A stretch of DNA of 64,000 bases from Acidobacteriota bacterium (GCA_022820545.1 JAJEFG010000023.1:14761-78760), one strand, 5' to 3'; positions 17,395 to 26,790 are shown, counted from the stretch's first letter. Numbers and translations: made by a program. Notes: generated from the letters alone by a model not told the origin.

Positions 17395-18650
17395 GGAATG
17401 GACTCCTGCACCGGTGCGATGAAAGTCTCGCACAGACGGGTCTGATAGCTGCGCGGCTCGTAGTGGCGGCCCCTGACGTAGATGGACACGATCGGCGTGC
17501 GCACCTGCAGTGGATCGCCCCGACTGAGAAAGAAGGTGGCCTCCTTGCCGACCTCGAGACTTCCCAACATGTCGTCCGCCCCGAAGATCTGCGCGGGATA
17601 GAGCGTCAGCGCCTTCAGCGCCTCCTCGTACGCGAGGCCGTAGGCCACCGTCAGACCGATGTTCGGTACCAACTGGCGCGAGAGCGTCGTCTCGTTCGAC
17701 TGGAAGGCGAGCCGGACACCCGCGCGGGACAGGTGGGCGGCGTTGTCGTAGCGGACGCCAGCCGTTTCCATCGTGCTGGGTTGCAGGTCGGGCTGGACCA
17801 GGACCGGCACTTCCCTGGCGGCCAGCTCCTCCGCGACGAGCGGCGCGTCCGCTCCCCCGGCCAGGATCAGCCGGAAGCCGAACTCCTCGGACAGACGCAG
17901 GGCTATGAGGATGTCGTCGCGTCGATGGGCGCGAACCACCAGGGGAAGTTCTCCGCGCAACACGCGGACGACGGGATCGAGCCGGTGGTTTGGGGGCGCA
18001 TCCTCCCGGGCGGCGTGGCCCCGCGCCTGCTGGAGAATCTGCCGCAACGCCGCGGCGGCCCCCATGCGCGTGCGGAAGCCGCCCCCCTTGGAAGCCTCGC
18101 CGAGATTCGCGTGGAGGGCCGCTACCTCCTTCACTGCCGCCGCTTCAACCGTCGTCCCGGCGGTGCGCATCAAGGCGCTCTGGCCCGCTACCACGTTCCG
18201 GTCGCCCGGAACCGACAGGACGATCAGCGTCCCGGCATTGCGGACCAGCGGAATGAGTTCCGAATCGAGGAAATAGGCGTCCGCCGCGCGGAGCTGCGGC
18301 GTCACGCCCCCGGGTTCCTGGCTGTCGTTCGAAGCCGGGACTCCGGCAACCTCGATGAGGCCGATCCCAGTGTAGGTGTCGAAAAAACCGGGCGCGGCGG
18401 TGAGCCCGGCCCCGTCGATCACCTCAGCGTCCGGCGGGATCGTGACATCGGCGCCAACGCCCGCGATGCGGTCACCGCGGATCAGCAGGACGCCCCGCTC
18501 GATCGGGGGCGTTGCCACCGGGAGGATGCGGACGTCCCGAATGGCAACCACGCGTTCCGCTTCCGCCTGGGACTCGCCACCGGGAACCACCGGTCCTGCC
18601 ACCAGCACGGCCGAGGCGAGAAGGGCGATCACGGCGTCCGCTCCAGCCAC
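17376..18650 (-). CDS. amidohydrolase-fold protein, degenerate (HxH metal motif absent)
   Basis: Shares the N-terminal beta-sandwich and barrel layout with its neighbour. The position of the HxH motif reads PGFFDTYTGIGL. Signal peptide present. Confidence 0.75.
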   Translation of the reverse strand: MAGADAVIALLASAVLVAGPVVPGGESQAEAERVVAIRDVRILPVATPPIERGVLLIRGDRIAGVGADVTIPPDAEVIDGAGLTAAPGFFDTYTGIGLIEVAGVPASNDSQEPGGVTPQLRAADAYFLDSELIPLVRNAGTLIVLSVPGDRNVVAGQSALMRTAGTTVEAAAVKEVAALHANLGEASKGGGFRTRMGAAAALRQILQQARGHAAREDAPPNHRLDPVVRVLRGELPLVVRAHRRDDILIALRLSEEFGFRLILAGGADAPLVAEELAAREVPVLVQPDLQPSTMETAGVRYDNAAHLSRAGVRLAFQSNETTLSRQLVPNIGLTVAYGLAYEEALKALTLYPAQIFGADDMLGSLEVGKEATFFLSRGDPLQVRTPIVSIYVRGRHYEPRSYQTRLCETFIAPVQESIPCQPTR

Positions 18651-19948
18651 GCACGGTCCCGGTCGCGGTCGAAGACGAGTTCTCCGTCCACAAACGTCTT
18701 CTCGACGCGTGCAAAGGAATCAAACGGGTGTCTGTCGTACACCGCGATGTCCGCGTGCTTCCCTGCCTCGAGACTCCCGACCCAGCGGTCCACGCCAGCC
18801 AGCCGCGCCGCGCTCAGCGTGATCGTCTTCAGCGCATCGCCCTCCGAAATGCCGCCGTAACGGACCAGTTTTGCCGCCTCGGTGTGCAGCCGCTGGGCGA
18901 AGAACGGGAAGTCGGAGTGCAGGGTAACCAGCGCTCCCAGGGAGTTCAGGTACGCGGCCGTCTGCGGCACCTGCTCCCAGTGCTCGAGCTTCCTGCCGAA
19001 GGCATCCGCATAGACCGCGACACCCACGCCCCGGCGGGCGAGTTCCGGTCCGAGCCGGTAGGCGTCCATCGCGTGCTGGAACGAGCCAAGCTCGAACCCG
19101 AATTCGTCAGACAGTTCGAGCAGGGCAAGAAACTCGTCGCGACGGTAGGTGTGCGCGTGCACCCGGATCTCTCCGCGCAACACGTCCGCCAGCGCGTCCA
19201 GCTTCGGGTCGAAACCGGGTGCCGCCCCTCGCTCCGATTCGGGGGCCGCGTTCCAGGCGTCCCATCGAGCCCGATAGCCTTGCGCCTGACTCAGCGCATC
19301 CCGCAGGAGAGCCATGACGCCCATGCGCGTGCTCGGCATCCGCCCCCTGCCGCCGTACGTGGCCTTGGGGTTCTCGCCGAGGGCCATCTTCATGACCCCC
19401 GGAGCCCCCTCGAAGAGCATTTCATCCGCGGAACGGCCCAGCCGGAGCTTCATCACCGCGCCCTGACCGCCGACGACGTTCGCGCTGCCCGGCAACACCA
19501 TGATGGTGGTGACGCCCCCGGCGGCCACCCACCGCAGCGCCGGATCGCTCGAATCGAACGCGTCGATCGCCCGAAGCTGGGGTGTCAGCGGGTCGCCGCC
19601 ATCCTCGTTCACGTCGGAATTGCCCGGCACCCAGGGCCAGGGGCTCACCCCCAGGTGGGAATGGACGTCGACAGTGCCGGGAAGCACGTAGTGGTCCGTT
19701 CCGTCGACCACCAGGGCGTCGCTGTCGGCAGTGATGTTCGCGCCGACCGCGGTGATGATTCCGTCTCGAAACGAGACACTGCCCCGGGGAATCGGCGCCC
19801 CGGATACCGGCAGGATCGTCGCGTCCCGGATCACCACCTGCCGCTCCTGGCCCGCGTGGCCGAGGACGCCGATGCCGGTTGACGCCAACGCCACGGCCAC
19901 GCCGAGCGCCAGCGGCGCCCGTCCTCCACGTGATCGAAGCAGGACCAC
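18629..19948 (-). CDS. amidohydrolase (metal-dependent hydrolase superfamily)
   Basis: LPGTVDVHSHLG carries the HxH motif. Signal peptide present. It overlaps the downstream degenerate paralog by 22 nt. Confidence 0.85.
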   Translation of the reverse strand: MVLLRSRGGRAPLALGVAVALASTGIGVLGHAGQERQVVIRDATILPVSGAPIPRGSVSFRDGIITAVGANITADSDALVVDGTDHYVLPGTVDVHSHLGVSPWPWVPGNSDVNEDGGDPLTPQLRAIDAFDSSDPALRWVAAGGVTTIMVLPGSANVVGGQGAVMKLRLGRSADEMLFEGAPGVMKMALGENPKATYGGRGRMPSTRMGVMALLRDALSQAQGYRARWDAWNAAPESERGAAPGFDPKLDALADVLRGEIRVHAHTYRRDEFLALLELSDEFGFELGSFQHAMDAYRLGPELARRGVGVAVYADAFGRKLEHWEQVPQTAAYLNSLGALVTLHSDFPFFAQRLHTEAAKLVRYGGISEGDALKTITLSAARLAGVDRWVGSLEAGKHADIAVYDRHPFDSFARVEKTFVDGELVFDRDRDRAWLERTP

Positions 19949-19993
19949 CGTTCTGCCTGGTTGCCGGGTTCGCTTCTTTCTCAGCTCGGCTTC

Positions 19994-20872
19994 CTAGCGC
20001 TGATACGAGAAGTCCTCCGGGATCTCCGAGGTGTGGTCATGCCAGAGGAACCACTCCCCGTCCGGCTGTTTCAGGTAGACCCACGTAATCCGGCCGTGGT
20101 TGCGCTCGGTGAAGCTCCCCTCGGGGCGGCGGATCTCCCGGTCCACCGTCACGATCCGCATGTCGTCCCACTCGACTTCCGTCCTGTTGAACTGGTTCAG
20201 ATCCAGGAACTGCCGGATGTTCATCATCTGTTCCACCCGGGTGCGCCAGATGTCCTTCTCGTAGACCCAGGGGGACGCCGGGTCGTACACCGAGACATCG
20301 TCGACCATGGAGTCGAAGTAGGCATCGATATCGAAGGAACTGGTGCTGTCGGTGGCCGCCTCCCTGCCCTGTTTTTCGGCCGTCTGCTGGAACTTCAGCA
20401 TCGGCGGAAGGGCGGAAATGTGCTGCGCGACGACCAGCCAGGTCCCATCCATCTTGCGAAGGACGTAGGTGCCTCGTTCCTGCTTCTTGAAGACGGTGCT
20501 GCCGAACTGGACGTGCCGGGTCACATGGAACGTGGCGAACGCATTGTTGCCGGAAAGGTGCAGCTTGCGGTGCCGGGTGCGCCACAGCAGCGTCCGGCTG
20601 ACCGTACGCATGTCCTGGAGGTACTGCTGGTACTCCGCCCAACCGTGGATCTTGAAGCCGTCGTCCGGGTCGATCACGGTCAGTCCCGGGTCGTTCCAGT
20701 AGTGCTGCAGAACGCCGTCGATATCGTCAGCCGCGTTCGCCAGCCGCACCTCACGGAGCACCTGGGCCACCTGGCCTTCGTCGGTGCTGGTGTCGATCTG
20801 CGCTTCGAGGGCCGTGGGCGTGAGATACGCCAATGACAACCCCACGAGCGTCGTTTTGATGAGTGCCTTCAT
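19994..20872 (-). CDS. secreted protein with two tandem NTF2-like (SnoaL/DUF4440-type) domains
   Basis: Signal peptide MKALIKTTLVGLSLAYLTPTALEAQ. Each half ends with the cone-closing motif DG-x-W...H-x-S (DGTWLVVAQHIS and DGEWFLWHDHTS). Visibly more A/T-ending codons than neighbouring genes. Confidence 0.6.
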   Translation of the reverse strand: MKALIKTTLVGLSLAYLTPTALEAQIDTSTDEGQVAQVLREVRLANAADDIDGVLQHYWNDPGLTVIDPDDGFKIHGWAEYQQYLQDMRTVSRTLLWRTRHRKLHLSGNNAFATFHVTRHVQFGSTVFKKQERGTYVLRKMDGTWLVVAQHISALPPMLKFQQTAEKQGREAATDSTSSFDIDAYFDSMVDDVSVYDPASPWVYEKDIWRTRVEQMMNIRQFLDLNQFNRTEVEWDDMRIVTVDREIRRPEGSFTERNHGRITWVYLKQPDGEWFLWHDHTSEIPEDFSYQR

Positions 20873-20951
20873 TTGCTGCTTTCCTTTCTTGCGAAGAGAG
20901 CCGTCAGAGGACGACACGCTGATGTAGCGGTGGATCGGAGCGGACTCCCCA

Positions 20952-23759
20952 CTAGAAGTCGAGCCGAACGCCGAGCTGGGCCTGGAACGGATTCAGCGCC
21001 TGGGTCGCCTGCTTGAACAATGCGCTTTGCTCGTTCCCGTTGTAGCGGTTGAAGTTGACCGCATTGGTGATGTTGAACGCCTCGACGATCAGTTGCAGGC
21101 TCCGGTCACCCCCCAGCCCGAACGCCCGGGACAACCGCAGGTCCAAGGTGAAATAGCCGTCTCCCCGAAGAGAGTTGTAGGTGACCCCCGCTGACCGGTT
21201 GTTCGCCGTATTTCCATCGCCCGTGGTGTCGCTGCCGGCGACCTGGTTGTACGGATAGGCCGATCCGTAGTTGAGGACACCACCGAGTTCCACATCGGCG
21301 AAGAGCGTGGCGCTCCCGCTCACGACAACGTGGTGGCGCACATCGTTCGGCGTAGGGCCGAAATCCGCATCCCTGAGGTCGGGGGACGTCGATGGCCCGT
21401 CTCCCCGCGCGTCCAGCCAGGTGTACGACGCAAGGATGCGCCCACGCGAACCGAGACGTCCGCGCAACTGAGCCTGGAGGACATCGCTGTTCAGGCGGCC
21501 ATCGCTCAGATTGAGCACCAGGGGCGAGCAGTTCGCAATGAACGGGCAGTTTCCGCTCGCGTCAGGATGGTTCACGTTGACGTCCCGCGGGTTCTGCCGG
21601 CTTCGGAGTGCGGCATAGTCCAGCGACAGCGCCAGATCCGGCGAGAGTTCCCGGTCCAGTCCGACCGTGAATTGGTGGGCAAAGGCAGACTCGATGAACA
21701 CGCCCGGATCGGCGCTGACGAACGAACTCGGAAAGAACGTGTCCAACAGCGCGTCCGGCGGCTGATCCGGATAGAAGCTCAGCAGGTCGAACGCACCGCC
21801 GGGCGCCACGTAGAGCTGCGCGCGGTTGGGCCGCAGGACGCCGGCGACCGAGATCGGATCGTGTCCTCCCTCGTAGAAGATCCCGTAGCCACCCCTGAGC
21901 GACGTGCGGCCGTCTTCCGTCGCCGCCCAGTTGAACCCGAAGCGGGGCTGCCATTCGTTCGCGTCGTTCTCCCGCAGCTTGTACAGCGTCCCCGCGTTCT
22001 CGCCTCCCGGCCTGGCGCTGATGACGAAGTTCACCCGGTCCTCGTAGGTGGAGAGCGCCGGATAGTCCGCGCCTTCGTACGACCCGCGGTTGTAGTCCTC
22101 GTAGTCGTAGCGAAGCCCGAGGTTCAGAGTCAGGCGGTCGTTCACGCGCCAGTCGTCATGAATGAAGACTCCGTAGAAGTTGCTGAACAGATCGCCGGTG
22201 TCGAAGGCGTAGCGCGCTCCCAGCCAGAGAACCGGCGGGTTCATCGGTCCCGGCGGGGCGTCCTGGGTGAAGGTGAACCGTCCGAACTGGAAGAGGTTGA
22301 GCCCGGTCGGCACCCGCAGAACATTCACCTCGCCGCCGATCTTCAGGGAGTGCTCTCCCCCCGCGGTGAACCCGGTCGTAAACGTGTCCGACACGATCCA
22401 GTTCGTTTGGGTGCGCCCCTGCGGCATGTTGGTGGGCGTTCCGGTATAGATCCCCGGGAACTGCTGGCCCGCGGTCCCGAACTTGGATGGCCGATCCGTG
22501 AAACTGCGCGAATACGATGCCCGCAGCTCGTTGACGGTGCGCTGTCCCAGTGTGGACGTGAGCCGGGTGACGAGTACGTCGTCCTGCTGGTCCTCGTCGA
22601 AGCGCGCATCGGCCGCGGCATCGGCCGATGCCGCCTGTCCGGTCCTGGCCTGCTGGTCGTGGAGATAGCTGAGATTGAACAGATGACTGTCAGAGAGGCT
22701 GTGCGTGAGTTTCAGGAAGAAGTTGTTTCTCGCATCCGTGGCCGGAATCTCCGTACGCGGGTCAGGCAGGAAATCCGCCAACCCGGGAGGGATCGCGATC
22801 GTCGCGACCTGCTCGGCATCCCACCGCTCGAAGTTGACGAAAAAGTGCGTTTCGTTCCGGACGATCGGACCCCCGACATTGGCCCCGAACTGCAACTGAC
22901 GGAACGGGATCTCACCGGTGGCGAAGTGGTTCTTCGCGTCCAGGGAGTCGTCGCGCATGAACCCGAAAACCCGGGCCCGCAGCTCGTTGGTTCCACTGCG
23001 GGTGACGATGTTGATCACTCCCGCCTGTTGCCTTCCGACTTCCGCCGTGAACTGGTTCCGGAGGATGTTGATCTCCTAGATGGCTTCCATCGAGAACTGC
23101 GCTCTCGGAGCGTCGGTAATGCCGGTTCCTCCCCCCGTCAACTCGTCGTTCAGGTCCACGCCGTCCACGTAGATGGACTTGAAGCGCTCGTTGAAACCGA
23201 AGAACGAGATCGCATCCGTGCCTCCGGCCTGCGTGGAGCCCCAGTCGATATGGACACCGGGCGCCAGCGTCGAGAAGTCCTGGAAACGGCGTCCGCTGAT
23301 GGGGATCTCGTCCAGGACTTCCGAGTCGATCTGGGTGCGGAGCTGCGTCTGATTCAGGTCCACGAGCGGAGCTTCCGCGACCACCTCAACGGTCTCGGTC
23401 GCGCCGGCCACGCTGAGTTCGAAGGTCAGGGTGGCCACCCCGCCCTGTTCCACGCGAATCTCGGCAAATTCCTGAGGGTTGAATCCGGTGAGTTCCGCCC
23501 GCACGGCGTAAACGCCCGGTTCAATGAGTTCCATCCGAAAATCACCGACCGCGCTGGTGACGGTAGATCGCACGCGTCCGTTCGCGAGACTTGTTGCAGT
23601 CACGGTCGCACCCGGCACGACCGCTCCCGATTGGTCCAGCACCGTCCCGCGCAGCGCGCCGGTCGTCAACTGGGCGGCCGCGCTGACGGGCATCCCCAGG
23701 AGCAGCGCTGCGAACAGCACCGCCAGGGGCCTAACCCCGGTCCAGCTACTCAAATTCAT
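20952..23759 (-). pseudogene. TonB-dependent receptor with N-terminal carboxypeptidase-regulatory-like domain, interrupted by one in-frame TAG (23076..23078)
   Basis: The two track ORFs (23076..23900 and 20952..23018) are in the same frame. Reading through gives ...PRAQFSMEAI*EINILRNQFTAEVGRQQAGVINIVTRSGTNEL. The stop sits where the conserved plug motif has Gln (EAIQE). The terminal beta-barrel ends ...QLGVRLDF. A GGAGAGAGG SD precedes the ATG at 23759. Confidence 0.8.
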
Positions 23760-24116
23760 ACCTCTCTCCTCTTCGAGTGAACGCGCCTGTGGGGAGGCGC
23801 TACGGACAGATGAAGTCGCGCAACCGGTCGACCGGCGGGACGCGACCCGTCCAGAAACGCGATGGAGAGCCCGCCCCGAGGAGCGTCGCGGCAACCGCAC
23901 GAACCGACGCGCGCCGCCCAGCGGGCGGATCGCTTCGGGTCATGTCGCGGTAGCTCTCCTTGGTCGCGCCCTTACCGGGGGCGCAACGGAATTGGAACCC
24001 CCATTAACTCGGTTCTGGGCGCCCGCGTCAAATGCGACTCCCGTGGTCCGATTTTGTGCCTCCACCAGGTCCACAGGCGGCACGACCGGCGTCCCCCTGC
24101 TAATCTCCCCAGTCCC

Positions 24117-24569
24117 ATGCAAAGACGCGATGCGCTCAAGGCGACGCTCCTCCTGATCGCCGCCCCCGCCGTCACGAGAGCCGCCCGCGACGGCCGTGAG
24201 GTCATCATTTCGGGCCGCGCCGTCTGCCTCAAGGACGGGGAACCGGGACCGGTGACCAATTGCACCTTCGGCGAGGAGTTCGGGATCGAGTCTCCGGACG
24301 GCACGATCCACCGGCTGGATCCGACGGACCTGCGGGTCGAGATCCTCACCGACGAGCGGGTGAACCGCCATCCGCTGGAGGTTGCGGTCTGGCAGGAGGA
24401 TGGCCTCGGCAAGATCATCCGCCTCTACACGATCCAGGACGGCGAGACGATCGAGCCCTACTACTTCTGCTTCACCTGCAACATCACCTCGCATCTCCCA
24501 GGGCCGTGCTGGTGCTGCCACGAGGATTTCGAGTTCAAGGAGCGCCCCGCGCACCCGTCCACGGACTGA
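24117..24569 (+). CDS. hypothetical exported protein with C-terminal CxxC...CxCC cluster
   Basis: MQRRDALKATLLLIAAPAVTRAA is a signal with an RR pair. The C-terminus reads YYFCFTCNITSHLPGPCWCCHEDFEF. I recognise no family. Confidence 0.5.
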   Translation: MQRRDALKATLLLIAAPAVTRAARDGREVIISGRAVCLKDGEPGPVTNCTFGEEFGIESPDGTIHRLDPTDLRVEILTDERVNRHPLEVAVWQEDGLGKIIRLYTIQDGETIEPYYFCFTCNITSHLPGPCWCCHEDFEFKERPAHPSTD

Positions 24570-24623
24570 CCGCCCGTTCCCGTCCGGCGCGCCGGCGGTT
24601 GGTGGAGTGGCCTTCGCTGGCCG

Positions 24624-26366
24624 TCAGGCGGCCTCTCCGGCGGGCTTCGCGCTCAATGCGATACGCACCACGGCGTCCAGCTTGCGGCGAATCTCTTCGT
24701 CCAACTCCTCCGCCGGAACGTACTCGGCCAGTTCGTAGAAGTTCTTCTTCGCCATGAGGTTCGGGAGGCCGAGTGTGCCGAAGTACGCGCGGAAGACGGG
24801 ATCGAGGAAGTCATCGCTGACCTTCATGTCGGGCCCCCAGGGTGAGCCTCGACCCAGCTTCTGGAGCGCCGCGCTGATCTCACGGATCGCCTCCCGCATG
24901 ACGCCGACCCGCCGGCCCGCCTCGGCAGGCAGGAAAAGGGGGCCGAAAGCGTCGTCTCGCGCTGTCTGGACCGCATACGCCTCAAGGGTTGCCTGCGAAC
25001 AGAAGTAGTTCTCGACTTCGCGCCGCTCCCACATCAGGCACTCGACCGGGGCGGTCTCGGGCCGCATCTTTTCCAGTCGATCGAAGAGCGCAACGCCCTT
25101 GAGGCCGGGAAGGGCTTCCCGAATTCCCTGATAGTGCCGTCGAACGGCCGCCGGCTGATTTCCGACGTAGTGCACGAATGGCCGCTCCAGTACGGCCGAC
25201 GCTTCGCGGTGGCCCAGCCGGCGGGCAAACGCCCGCAGGATCGAGAGGTCGGTCGAACCCTCCAGGTACAAAACCCAACCGGTCTGCTCGGCCTGGTAGT
25301 ACTGCTCGAACCCGATTTCCCGCAGAGCCTTGGCCACCTGGCTTCCGCGATCGCCGATACGGTGCGGATCGCCCACGAAGGCCACCACGAGATCGCGGTC
25401 CGCCGCTTCGTTCAGGAGCACTTCGGAGTGGCTGGCGGCGATGACCTGACTTCCGCTGTCGCGACCTACGTCCGTCAGGATCTGATAGATCTGACGCTGG
25501 CGCAGGATTTCGAGATGAGCGTCGGGCTCATCGAGGAGCAGCACGGCGCCGGGGTTCGCGTACATGTATGCCAGGAGAAGGAGGGTCTGTTGCAGGCCCC
25601 TGCCCGTCGAAGAAAGATCCAGCCTGACGCCCCGTTCCCGGTACGTCATGACGATCTCCCCGCGTTCCGCCACGTAGCGGGGAGCGTCGAGTTCGCACCC
25701 GAACAGCTCCCTGATTTGCTCGCGCAGCTTCTTCCACTGTTCGGGCCAGTCTTCGTGAACCCGGTAGCACAGGTTGCGCAGCACGTCGGCGGTGCGGCCC
25801 TCGCCAATCCGAACACTGATGGCGCCCTGATCCAACCGCGTTTCCGTCGCCGCCAGGCCCGACATGGGCGGCAGGAAAGCAATCGAAACAGCTCCGGCCT
25901 CCTTGGGAATGGACATGCGGTCAGGGCCACCACCTTCGGAGGTGCGTAGCGGCCGACAGTAGAACGACTCCTCGTTGGCGTAGTCGAACTCGAGTCCACC
26001 CGTCCAGGGCCGACCTTTCGTCACCCCCTCGACCACGATGTCCATTCGAACGTTGCTGGTCCGTTGTCGACCATCCACCTTCCGCACGTTGCGGACGTGC
26101 AGTTCACGCCACAACAAGTTCGCGTACGGGACCGGAAGGGGTACCAGGTCGCGCCGGTTCACCGTGACACCGGGCCTCCGTTCGGGGGTCTTCCTGCCGG
26201 ACCGACGTCCAATCCAGCGCTTGAGCCCGATGTCCCACAGCGCGAGCGCTTGCAGCGCCGACGTCTTGCCAGAGTTGTTCGGCCCGATGAAGACCACCGG
26301 ATTCCCTAGCTCGATTTCGACCTCCCGGAAGCGCTTGAAGTTCCGAATCGTGATCCTCGTCAGCAT
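24624..26366 (-). CDS. ABC/SMC-type ATPase fused to a Toprim/DUF4435-like C-terminal domain (OLD-family / merged PARIS-like)
   Basis: Walker A GPNNSGKTS, signature-like LSSTGRGLQQ, Walker B VLLLDEPDAHLE, H-loop IAASHSE. The C-terminal roughly 230 aa has VLYLEGSTDLSIL, GVALFDRLE and WERREVENYF. Confidence 0.85.
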   Translation of the reverse strand: MLTRITIRNFKRFREVEIELGNPVVFIGPNNSGKTSALQALALWDIGLKRWIGRRSGRKTPERRPGVTVNRRDLVPLPVPYANLLWRELHVRNVRKVDGRQRTSNVRMDIVVEGVTKGRPWTGGLEFDYANEESFYCRPLRTSEGGGPDRMSIPKEAGAVSIAFLPPMSGLAATETRLDQGAISVRIGEGRTADVLRNLCYRVHEDWPEQWKKLREQIRELFGCELDAPRYVAERGEIVMTYRERGVRLDLSSTGRGLQQTLLLLAYMYANPGAVLLLDEPDAHLEILRQRQIYQILTDVGRDSGSQVIAASHSEVLLNEAADRDLVVAFVGDPHRIGDRGSQVAKALREIGFEQYYQAEQTGWVLYLEGSTDLSILRAFARRLGHREASAVLERPFVHYVGNQPAAVRRHYQGIREALPGLKGVALFDRLEKMRPETAPVECLMWERREVENYFCSQATLEAYAVQTARDDAFGPLFLPAEAGRRVGVMREAIREISAALQKLGRGSPWGPDMKVSDDFLDPVFRAYFGTLGLPNLMAKKNFYELAEYVPAEELDEEIRRKLDAVVRIALSAKPAGEAA

Positions 26367-26638
26367 TGCTCAGGCCTCCGAGCCGCTCTTCCCTCATAGG
26401 GGGCGACGTGCGCTCTTGCCAAGTGTCCCCACTCGCGACAGACCTGCCCCGCAAACGACCCGCCGGAACGGGTCCCTGGCTGGCGGCTTAGGAGGTCATC
26501 ATCAATCCGTTCACTCATCGTCGCGGGCGTGCCATCCTCCCGATAGTCCCACCACCCGAAGGAACATTCCATCGTCGCATGCAAGACGGCGCAGGCCGAG
26601 GCGCGGGCCACGGCGAGATCAAGACCAACAAAAAACAT
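26360..26638 (-). CDS. small hypothetical ORF (92 aa), translationally coupled to the ATPase
   Basis: GGAGGG SD 8 nt upstream of the ATG at 26638. Its stop overlaps the ATPase start (ATGCTGA). N-terminus is MFFVGLDLAVARASACAVL. Many A/T-ending codons. No recognised family. Confidence 0.35.
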   Translation of the reverse strand: MFFVGLDLAVARASACAVLHATMECSFGWWDYREDGTPATMSERIDDDLLSRQPGTRSGGSFAGQVCREWGHLARAHVAPYEGRAARRPEQC

Positions 26639-26790
26639 CAACGATTCCCTCCCCGCGCCGGCAACACCCGGATCGGTTGCCCGCTACCTGCAAGCGGAGA
26701 CCGACCTGCGATTCCGACACTCCATCACCGGTCGCACGAAGCCGGAAAGAGTAACCGGAAGAAGGTCCCCTCCCGCGCTAGGTTTCCGTC

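Noticed and set aside
14953-17445. 830-aa plus-strand ORF
   Set aside because: It is antisense to the MFS transporter and the aldo/keto reductase. Its sequence is low-complexity and rich in charged residues.
21330-23780. 816-aa plus-strand ORF over the TonB receptor locus
   Set aside because: It is antisense to the receptor, whose plug and barrel motifs are unambiguous. The ORF has no motifs.
23760-24116. Possible riboswitch (for example cobalamin) in the 357-bp leader of the TonB receptor
   Set aside because: I read the minus-strand leader and found no B12-box-like or other riboswitch consensus, only generic GC-rich hairpins. A covariance-model scan (Rfam/Infernal) would be needed to exclude one formally.
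26104-26454. 116-aa minus-strand ORF overlapping the ATPase 5' end and the small upstream ORF
   Set aside because: It is out of frame with the ATPase N-terminus, which contains the Walker A motif. It has no SD sequence and a low-complexity translation.
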